IMG/VR virus record: IMGVR_UViG_3300005662_000117
Location: 1 to 34,344 of that record
DNA from: a virus
Taxonomy: Duplodnaviria; Caudoviricetes
Strand: one strand, 5' to 3'
Length of the DNA stretch: 34,344 nucleotides
Shown here: positions 17,507 to 27,400 of the stretch, one piece after another
Layout of the letters: each line of letters starts with the position of its first letter
Numbering within the stretch: position 1 is the first letter of the stretch
Notes under the pieces: generated by a model
What the model saw: the letters and a program-made list of their open reading frames with translations, nothing else
Told to the model about the DNA's origin: nothing
Databases searched by the model: none
Made by a program: the position numbers and the translations under genes

Positions 17507-20500
17507 ATGTCAACTAATCTATCATGGTTACCTGGACTTATAACGCAAGATGAAGGATCAATTAAGTTTCTTAATGGTACTAATCTTGCGTTTACAGGAA
17601 TCGAAACATTAATAGTAGACGGCCCCGTTACGAATGCGCTACATGAGTTTAATACTGACACGTTTGGTTCAGCACACTATGTAATACATGCGGAATGCGG
17701 AAGTGATCAGCGTGAGACATTAAATGTTTCAGTTGTTGCAAAATTAGGTAAAGCGTCTATAACAGTATACGGTAGAATTAATACTGGGGTAAATTTAATA
17801 GATGTACAAGCCGATATTACAGATAGTATATTGGTGTTGTATGCAACCCCAGCAGTTGTTGGTTTACAGAATATTAAAGTAACAGCTTTTGCAACACTGG
17901 CTGAAGTGATTGTTGATTCAGCATCAAAAGCAACAGTTTATTATTTCACAAAAGTAAATGGAACTCCAGCTTTTACAATTAATTCTGGACCGTATTCTTC
18001 TGATGATGTTAAACCAGCATTGACTTTTTATAAAGGTTTAACATATAGATTTGACCAGTCATACGGAACAAATGATTTACATCCGTTTGTTATTGGTACA
18101 ACTGCTGATGATGTAAACAGCATTTATGTTCCTGGAATAAGTTACTATTTGAATAACAAAAAAGTAACTAAAGCAGATTACATTAATTCAGCATTATTTT
18201 TAGCAGCATCCAGTAGATATATAGAAATTTCAGTTGCTGATAACTATCCAGCGGCTTTATATTATTTTAGTTCAGCAACTACTGGCTTAGGAAACGCAAT
18301 TACGGTCACAACGTTAAGTGACTCTGGAAGCACTGGCGGTTCTGGTAGTGGTGGTTCGGGCGGAAGCGGTGGTGGAACAACTAGCGGCGCCGCAACTGAT
18401 TTAAGTAATTTAGAACCTACCTCAATTAATGTTTCATTATTACCTAGTGTAACTAGTAGTATTGATTTAGGTAGTGCAAGTAAACGATGGAAAGATTTGT
18501 ACCTAAGTGGAAATTCACTTATTTTAGGCAATGCCCTAATTACAGCGACTGGCTCAGCAGTAAACTTGCCAGCTGGATCAACCATAAACGGTACTGTTAT
18601 TGGTACTGGTGGCTCAGGTGGCGGCGCAAGCACACTGGACGATTTAACAGATGTAACTATCACAACTCCAACAGCTGGACAAGTGCTAAAATACAATGGT
18701 GTAAATTGGTATAACGGCACTGACGAATCAGGATCAGGCGGCGGATCTAGTAGTAATAGTTTTAGCACTATTGAAATTGCCGGGCAAAGTTCAGTTGTCG
18801 CAGATTCATCTACTGACACATTGACATTAGTTGCTGGCCCAAACATTACGTTAACTACTAATGCTAGTGGAGATTCTATCACAATTAGTGCTTCAAGTAG
18901 TGGCGGCGGAGGCGCAAGCGGAGTTAGTGCTGGTGTAGCCAATAGATTAGCATACTACCCAAGCACTGGTTCAGTTGTTGCTGATACTGGTGCTGGACTT
19001 TCTTGGAACGGTGAGTTCCTACAAATATTAGGCACATTATATGCTACTGGAGCAAAGAGTTACATCCGTGCCAACTGGGCATCACTTAACGATTTGAATA
19101 TTGAAGCCCCGGCTAACACATGGCGAGGCATGGTGGCATATGCTCAAGACACAGGCAAATTGTATTATGCCCATTCTGGAGTTTGGAATCGTCTAGCTAA
19201 TTTCTCTGATATTCCTACAAGTGCAAACGCATTTGGTACTATACAAATTGACGGACAAGATAATGTTGTAGCAGACACTACATCAGATACAATTACGTTT
19301 ATTGCTGGCTCTGGTATGACAATTACCACAAATGCATCTAACGATACGATCACGTTTACTTCAAGCGGTGGCGGCGGTGGTGGCGGTATCACCACTGAAG
19401 ATGCGCAGGATGCCGCAGCTTCAATGTTCACTGGCGGAACACACACCGGTATTGTGTTTAGTTATAACGATACTAATAACACTATCAACGCAACAGTGAA
19501 TGCAAACGCAGGTATCTATACAGACGAACAAGCAGCAGATGCAGCAGCATTGATATTAACTAGCGGAACACATTCTGGTATTTCGTTTACTTACAATGAC
19601 TTGGCAGGAACAATGAATGCCACAGTTTCATACCCTACAATGTACAGTGACGAAAATGCACAAGATGCCGTAGCCCCAATGTTTACTGGTGGATCACATA
19701 CTGGTATTTCGTTTGCTTATGCTGATGCTAGTAACGTTATCAATGCAACAGTGGCTGCTGAATATATTCAAGATCAAGCAGCAGCATTATTTACAGCCGG
19801 TACACACTCAAATATTAGCTTTAACTATAATGATGCCAGCAATAGAATTGATGCAAGTGTAACATTACCAGCAGCATACACTGATGAAAGTGCAGTAGAT
19901 GCAGTGGGTGCAGCACTTACAACTGGAACACATACTGGAATTTCATTTACTTACAGTTCAACACAAGACGCTGCTAACAGAATTGATGCTACTGTTTCTT
20001 ATGCTAATGTAGTATTAACTGGTACAACAACACTACAACAATCAACTAAGGTATTAAACAATAAAACTGGCAGTGCTGGAGTTAGCACTTTTACTGTAAC
20101 AAATTCTGGATCATCTGCATATTTAATAAACGGGGATAGTAATCCTACATTGAATTTAGTAAGAGGAGTTACTTATACCTTTAACGTCAATGCTTCTAGT
20201 CATCCTTTCTGGATCAAAACTGCGCAAGTTACTGGTACAACTAGTGCTTATTCAACAGGCGTGACCAACAATGGAGATGATGTTGGTACTATAATATTCG
20301 CAGTGCCTCTAGATGCACCAAGTACCTTGTACTATATTTGCCAATATCATAGTAGTATGGTTGGTACAATATCTATAAGTAATGCTCCCGTAGTTGTACA
20401 CGACTTTGCAACAGGTGACGAATTTTACCACAGTGGCATGTTGTCTAGTTTTACAGCTAACTTTACCAACGTTCCAACAACAGGTGACCGAATCACTACA

Positions 20501-20698
20501 ATTACAGTATCCTTGCTTCAAGGAGCATCACCGTACGGAATTACAGCAATTCAAATTAATGGAAATGCACAGACCTTACGTTGGAAGAACAACACAGTTC
20601 CAACATACGGCGCATTGAATAGTGTTGACGTTGCAACATTCACATTGTTTAGAACGGGAGCATCTTGGATAGCAATTGGCGACGTTGTAGGCTACTAA
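17507..20698 (+). CDS. Mosaic tail fibre-like protein with Gly-rich linkers, five His-containing repeats and two cupredoxin-like modules
   Basis: 1063 aa; LDDLTDVTITTPTAGQVLKYNG fibre motif, a duplicated VVADxxxDTLTxxAG unit, and YYICQYHSSM near the C-terminus. Confidence 0.78.
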   Translation: MSTNLSWLPGLITQDEGSIKFLNGTNLAFTGIETLIVDGPVTNALHEFNTDTFGSAHYVIHAECGSDQRETLNVSVVAKLGKASITVYGRINTGVNLIDVQADITDSILVLYATPAVVGLQNIKVTAFATLAEVIVDSASKATVYYFTKVNGTPAFTINSGPYSSDDVKPALTFYKGLTYRFDQSYGTNDLHPFVIGTTADDVNSIYVPGISYYLNNKKVTKADYINSALFLAASSRYIEISVADNYPAALYYFSSATTGLGNAITVTTLSDSGSTGGSGSGGSGGSGGGTTSGAATDLSNLEPTSINVSLLPSVTSSIDLGSASKRWKDLYLSGNSLILGNALITATGSAVNLPAGSTINGTVIGTGGSGGGASTLDDLTDVTITTPTAGQVLKYNGVNWYNGTDESGSGGGSSSNSFSTIEIAGQSSVVADSSTDTLTLVAGPNITLTTNASGDSITISASSSGGGGASGVSAGVANRLAYYPSTGSVVADTGAGLSWNGEFLQILGTLYATGAKSYIRANWASLNDLNIEAPANTWRGMVAYAQDTGKLYYAHSGVWNRLANFSDIPTSANAFGTIQIDGQDNVVADTTSDTITFIAGSGMTITTNASNDTITFTSSGGGGGGGITTEDAQDAAASMFTGGTHTGIVFSYNDTNNTINATVNANAGIYTDEQAADAAALILTSGTHSGISFTYNDLAGTMNATVSYPTMYSDENAQDAVAPMFTGGSHTGISFAYADASNVINATVAAEYIQDQAAALFTAGTHSNISFNYNDASNRIDASVTLPAAYTDESAVDAVGAALTTGTHTGISFTYSSTQDAANRIDATVSYANVVLTGTTTLQQSTKVLNNKTGSAGVSTFTVTNSGSSAYLINGDSNPTLNLVRGVTYTFNVNASSHPFWIKTAQVTGTTSAYSTGVTNNGDDVGTIIFAVPLDAPSTLYYICQYHSSMVGTISISNAPVVVHDFATGDEFYHSGMLSSFTANFTNVPTTGDRITTITVSLLQGASPYGITAIQINGNAQTLRWKNNTVPTYGALNSVDVATFTLFRTGASWIAIGDVVGY
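19391..19996 (+). repeat. Five ~36-43-aa repeats (ExAxDAxAxxxTxGTHxGIxFxYxDxxNxIxAxV)
   Basis: Read directly from the translation of 17507-20698. Confidence 0.85.
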
Positions 20699-20718
20699 TT
20701 ATGCTACTTTTAAAAAGT

Positions 20719-20726
20719 GGTAAATA
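20719..20726 (+). promoter_or_regulatory. Late promoter motif GGTAAATA
   Basis: TAAATA core in the intergenic gap upstream of 20750. Confidence 0.5.
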
Positions 20727-20749
20727 AGTAATAATGAGAAAATAACGTC

Positions 20750-21481
20750 ATGACCGTAGCTATACTTAAACAATTCAAGTCAGAAAGTGGGTTTATAACT
20801 GGGCCAGAAAGTAATTTTGGTGCAGTTACATCAACTCAAATTGACGTTGACAATATTAGAATTAATTCTAATTCTATCACAGCAACAAACACTAACGGAA
20901 ATATTAACCTTGTAACAACGGGCACTGGCTCTGTTGTTATAGACAAACTTGGCGTAAACACAGTAAACGCATTTGCGATAACTGGTAATTTAACTGGTGA
21001 TGTACTGGGCAATTTAACAGGTAATGTTACTGGCAATTTAACAGGTAATGTTACTGGAAATATTTTAAGTATTGGCGCAAGTGCATTCACTAACGTGCAA
21101 ATAACTGGCGGCTCCGTTGACGCAGTACCAATTGGACAATCAACACCTAGTACCGGTAGATTTACTAGCTTAGTTTCTACTACTGGAATTACTGGGTCAA
21201 TTGGTGCTACTACAAAGAATACTGGTCAGTTTACATTCTTACAAGCTGATAATCCTATATCAGCACTTTCTGTTGTAGAAAGTAATGACACTACATCTGG
21301 ATCACTAGTCGTTTCTGGTGGTGTAGGTATTGCAAAAAATGTAAATATTGGTGGAGAATTGATTGTTGCTGAAACTGTCACAGCCTCGGAGCCAACTACT
21401 AACACGCACTTAACAACAAAATTTTATGTAGACCGCCAAGCTGTAAAAAGTTTAGCATTCGCGGTAGCATTTGGACTATAA
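20750..21481 (+). CDS. Short fibrous structural protein (GNLTGNVT repeats)
   Basis: 243 aa; SGSLVVSGGVGIAKNVNIGG and HLTTKFYVD fibre motifs; ends FAVAFGL. Confidence 0.75.
   Translation: MTVAILKQFKSESGFITGPESNFGAVTSTQIDVDNIRINSNSITATNTNGNINLVTTGTGSVVIDKLGVNTVNAFAITGNLTGDVLGNLTGNVTGNLTGNVTGNILSIGASAFTNVQITGGSVDAVPIGQSTPSTGRFTSLVSTTGITGSIGATTKNTGQFTFLQADNPISALSVVESNDTTSGSLVVSGGVGIAKNVNIGGELIVAETVTASEPTTNTHLTTKFYVDRQAVKSLAFAVAFGL
21008..21055 (+). repeat. Exact 24-bp tandem duplication (GGCAATTTAACAGGTAATGTTACT x2)
   Basis: Two identical adjacent copies, each encoding GNLTGNVT. Confidence 0.9.
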
Positions 21482-21493
21482 ACAGGAATAACA

Positions 21494-24400
21494 ATGGCAA
21501 AGAAAAGAATACAGAACTACGTTTTTACCCCAGGGGTATCTGGGCTTAGTAATGCGTTTCCAAATGCATACTCGTTAATTAACGCAAACATAAACTTTAT
21601 TATTGATGAAGCAAAAGAATTCATTGATACTCAAATTGAAGCAGATACTGCAATAAACCTATTTCCAAATGCAGTTGCACTTTTAACAGCAAACAAGGAG
21701 TTCTTAAAAGAAGAACTTACAGCTTGGATAGCAAATCAAGTAGCAACTGGTCAGCCAGGATTTTTAGGTTACACATATGATTCTACGAAGTGTAAGCGAG
21801 ATACAGGTTATGTAATTGACGGATATATCAACGACTTGCGCTACGGCGGTAACGAAGACACTCGATCAACAGCCTCTGTATACTGGTCTGGAACAACTCC
21901 ACAAATTGACGGTGACAGATTAGCTGAAATTTATGGTCATGCCTACTTGGCAACGATTATTAACGATTATGTTTTTACTAAAACAACATATCCAACATTA
22001 CAATCAGCAGCTACTCAAGTAACTTCAGGGACTGCTGGCGAAGCTGGGGCATCAGCAAGAATTACTTCACTATCAACAATTATAACCAGTGTAATTCAAA
22101 ACGGTTTAACTAGTCTTCCAGTAATCAGCTACGGCGCAACATTTGCCAACTATACATACAACGAAGAAAAATGTCGTCGTGATATTGGATATGTGTTACC
22201 TGAGATTGCATGGGATTTACGCTACACTGGCAATAGAAATACCAAAGAAGTAGCGGCCAAATATTGGTTAAATGGTGTGCCGCAAGTTGACGGTGATAGA
22301 ACACCTGAAATTGCAACGCATAATTTTATTAAAGATTTAATTAATAACTATATTATTAGAAACTTGCCATACGCAAGTTTGCAAACGCCAGTAGTAACAA
22401 CTCAAACAATTGACACTAACTTATCATTTGAGACTGGTGCTGACACTGCAATTTCTGCACTATTTGGAGTAGTAACAACAGTTATTGCTGACGGTGTTGA
22501 CGCCGGCGCAACACTAGTAAATGGTGTTGGAACACTTAATATTGGCGGTAAGTGGACACGAGATCAATTATTATTAATTACTAACGTAACAGATAATATT
22601 ATTCTATACAACTTTGCAGATCCTGAAGCCGGAGTTACCCTAACAGAACGAGATCCAACAACACCAGATATAGACACTGAAATCAACTACGGTACAACAC
22701 GCATTACGTTAAACGTTGATACTTCAGCAATGTCTTCAACTGATCAAATTCAAATTTTCGTTGAGGATTTCCAAGAACTAAGAACTAGACCATATGATTT
22801 TGGTACAGATGCAATTGAACGTCACAGAATGTCGCAGGCACAATCCATGCTTGACGCTGACTTTGAATATGGTCTACAGCCTACTAAGTGGCAAGCGTTA
22901 TCATTAGCCAGATCATATCCTAGTGTATATGAGATTCCAGGTACTGATACCACTGTGACCTTAGTCACAACTGATGCGTCATCTGGCACTGGCGGTACTG
23001 GTCAATCCTTAATTACTGTAACAACCAGTGGAGCACACGGATTACAAAATGGATCTCCATTTATTATTAGGGCATTGTCCACAGCAGTTTCTGGATTTTC
23101 AAGAGCAGAGGGTGTATTCTTAGTCAATACAACTCCGAGCTCTACACAATTTACATATTATGCCAAAGCAAAAGTTGGCACTATTGCGTCTACCGAGTTA
23201 CAAGAGTCATATACGCTATTGCGTAGGGGCGGCCTGTATACTGGAGCAGATGTTGGAACACCTACATTTAACGTTTATAGTCAAGGTAGTTCAGGAACGT
23301 TCTTCCCAGCATTGAACGTGGCTGCGGGTTCAACAGTGATTCCTTACACTGGCTCTATTCCAACTAATAATGCACCAGTGGCAGCAAGTGGATTTATTCC
23401 AGTTGGTGCAACAATTACTTCTATTGTTGGCACTGGATCACCAGATTCAGTAGACTATACTGATTTAACTGGTATTAACGTTTCAGGATTAGGCACTAAC
23501 GCAGTTTTTACAGTGACTAGAGAAGAAGGCGTCTATACAGCAATCCCAACTACGGCCGGTGCTGGCTACGCAGTTAACGATCAAATCACCATTTCAGGTG
23601 AAGATTTAGAAGGTGTAAGTCCTGGAAACGATTGCTTGCTAACAGTTGCAACTATTAATAGTACAGGCGGTATATTGACGGTCACTGCTTTGGGAGATGG
23701 TATTGCAACAGGTGTTGCAGTAACTCAAACATTAGCAGATACTTCGCCAGCCGGCTCTTCTGTATTAGAATTTACTGATACTACTGGTATTCAAGTTGGT
23801 CTTGCAATTGATCGTGGAGATGGTACTAGTACTGTTGTTACGAATGTTGACGGTACAACAGTATCCTTGTCATCACCACTAACCTCTGCATTAATTGGTG
23901 ACGCAGCAGAATTTAGCGGAATTCAACCAACAAGTATTGTTGGTACTGGTACTGGAGTCAAATTTGATGTTACTAGAAACGGAAATCTATACACTCCCAC
24001 AGTAACTTCTGGCCAACTAGGAACTGGATATTTGGTCGGTGATACATTAATTATTGCAGGTTCTAGCTTAGGCGGTATTTCTCCCGTAAATGATTTAGTT
24101 ATTACAGTCTCAACAATTGGTGTTGGTGGAACAGTTACTGGGTTTACCAGTTCTGGCATTGGTGCTGACCAGCAAACATACACAAACAAAGCAACCACAA
24201 ATGTTACTGGCTTAGGTATCAACGCAGAATTTTCTGTAACACGAGTTGGTACTAGTTATACCGCAGTTACCCCAACTACTGCTGGTACAGATTATGTTGC
24301 GGGAGATAAGTTTAGAATTTTAGGAACTGATCTTGGTGGTACAAGTCCTGAAAACGATTTAGATTTTACAGTTACAACAGTTAATGGTTCTGGCGGAATT

Positions 24401-27400
24401 ACCGCAGTGACATTTAGTGGTTTAGCAGATCCTGGAACAGCATCTTATGCGTCTCCGGCAACTGACCCGACAGCTTTCACGTTAGTTGGAACTGGTGCAA
24501 CGTTCTCAGTTGTGTCAAACGGAACAGTTTATACCCCAACGATTGTTAACAGCGGTGATGCAACCCGATCAGCAAGAGTGACAAGTGGTACTGATTCTCA
24601 AACATCTGCAACACAAGCAAGATTTGGCGGAAATAGCTTACGTCTAGCTAATCTAGTGTCTCCAGCAACTGCTACTTCTTATGCAACAATTACTAGCAAC
24701 ACTGCATTAGAATTTGGAACAGGTGACTTTACTATTGACTTTTGGTTTAGACCAGACTCAGTTGGAGTGAACCAAACACTAGTAGATATGCGTAACACTG
24801 CTTCAGACAGTGCAGTTTTGCTAGGTGTTAATGCATCAAATAATGTTTATTTGTATGTTAGTGGGTCAACAAGAATAACTGGTTTAGATAGCATCAGTGC
24901 AGAAACATGGTACCACTTGGAAGTTTCAAAATCTTCAGGATTTACAGAAGTATTTTTAGACGGGCAAAGTCAAGGTACTTGGACTGACGGGACAACGTAT
25001 GCATTACGCCCTTTAGTTATTGGAGCAGATTATTTAGGAGCAGGTGACGGATTCGCCGGCTTCGTAGATGAATTTAGAGTATCAAAAGGTATTGCAAGAC
25101 ATACTTCAGGATTTACAGTAGCAACTTCACCCTATGTGAACGATTCGAATACTTCAGCGTTATTACACTTTAATGAATCTGTTGGAGCAACAGCATTTGT
25201 AGATGACATTGGCGGGTATTCTTCAGGTAACCAGTTTATTATTCGTGGAACTGAATTAGGCGGAGCAACTCCGGCCAACGATATGACCATAACAGTATTA
25301 ACTGTTACAACGGATAGAAAAATTGCAACTGTGGCTTCAAGTGGAACAGCACTTGATGATGATACATATACCGCTTTAACTGGAACACTGTTAACTGGTA
25401 ACGGTGCAGCCTTAACATTCAACGTAAGTACATCTGGAACAACTTATACTACAGTTACAACTGGAACTATTGGAACTGGTTATGTTGTTGGAGATAAAGT
25501 CAAAGTTGTTGGAACATTATTAGGCGGAACAAGCCCAGCAAACGATATTGTTTTAGAAATAGTAACTGTTGATGTTTCAGGCGGAGTGGGAATTTTCAGT
25601 GTAGTTTCAGGAACTGCAAATGCTAGTACGGCATCATATCTAGCACAGACAACAACTAATTCAGCTACAAAAGGTGCAGACTTAGTAGTTACTATTGGTA
25701 AAGGTTCTGGATCATATACGTTCAATGCTGTGGAAGGCACTGGCGGCAATAATTATGTTGTTGGTAATAGATTAAAAGTCTTAGGTACTTCATTAGGCGG
25801 CGCAATTGTCACGCATGATTTAATTTTAACCGTAACTGAAGTTGATACTAGTGGTTCAGTTGTAGACGCAACAGTATCAGGAACTAGTTCTGGTGGTCAA
25901 GCAATTCCGTTTTACTCAACAGTTGTGATTTCAGAAGCAACTACTTCAATATTGAACACAATTAATCCAATTACGTTTGCGGCAATTGCAGTAATTCAAG
26001 TTACATTTACTTCTAATCACGGATTAGTTCCTGGCGCTGGTATTTTAGTTAACATCACATCAGCAGCGTTGAATCAAAACTTAGCAGCTGGTCCGTTCTA
26101 TGTTGAACAAGTTCCATCTCCAACTGTTATTAGATATACTGCAAGAGCGCAAGGAAGTATTAATGCTACTGGATTAACTGGTATCATATATACAAGATCT
26201 GACACATTCTTCTCTCATAGACCATACGACGGCGGCGTACAATTAGGAACTGGTGGTCCGCAGCACGGTGCTCAAGCAATTCGTATGAGCAAGAACTACA
26301 TTCGTTATCAGTCTGGTAAAGGCTTAATGTATACAACTGGTGCGTTGTTTGCTCCTAGCTATGATTTACTATTAGCAACATCAGACGGTTTAGCTGTTGG
26401 CAGTACAATTACATTTACAACCGACGACGTTGATCACGGACTACAAGTAGGTGCAGACGTTAAAATTATTGGTGTAGAAACTAGTGGATATAACAACGAG
26501 TACGTTGTTTCATCAATCACTAGTGAACGTATTTTTACAGTAATTGCCACACAACAACTTGGCGCAACAACTGCGACACTAACTAGTCAAGCACAAATTT
26601 CATTATATAGATGGAATGGAGCAACTGTACGTGCTGGATGTTTTGACGACCAAAACGGTATGTTCTGGCAATATAACGGACAAAGATTAGGAGTTACTGT
26701 AAGATCGGCAACATTCCAACTTGCAGGTAGTGTAACAGCAACTCCTAACAGTAACTCATTAACTGGCACAAATACACGATTCCGTGACCAATTAAAAGCA
26801 GGTGACAGAATTGTTATTAAAGGTATGACACATACAGTAACTAGTGTATCAAGTCAAACTTCATTGTCAATGTCGCCTGACTATCGAGGAGCAAACACTG
26901 GTAGTAAAATAAAATTGTGTCGCATACAAGATAGAGTGTTCTATCAAGAAGATTGGAACAGAGATGCAGCAGACGGATCAGGACCAAGCGGATACAACAT
27001 TGACATTACAAAAATGCAGATGATTGGTATCCAATATACCTGGTATGGTGCTGGTTTTATTGACTACATGCTACGTGGTAAAGAAGGTAACTTCTTATTT
27101 GTACACAGAGTACGTAATAACAACGTTAACACAGAAGCATTTATGAGATCTGCTAACTTACCAGTGCGTTACGAAGTTCATAATGACGGCGCATTGGCAA
27201 TGTTGTCAGCTGACATTTCAGCTTCAGCAACATCAATTCCGTTAGATGACACAACTGACTTCCCAAGCTCAGGAACTGTGTATATTGATAACGAAATGAT
27301 ATCGTATACATCTAAAACATCTACTACGTTAGGGGGAATAACTCGAGCTGCTTCATTGAGCAACTTTACAGCAGGCGCTACTAGAACTTATACAGCTGGA

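Noticed and set aside
20705-20719. TACTTTTAAAAAGTG inverted repeat as a terminator
   Set aside because: The stem is weak and AT-rich, lacks a U-tract and abuts the promoter motif.
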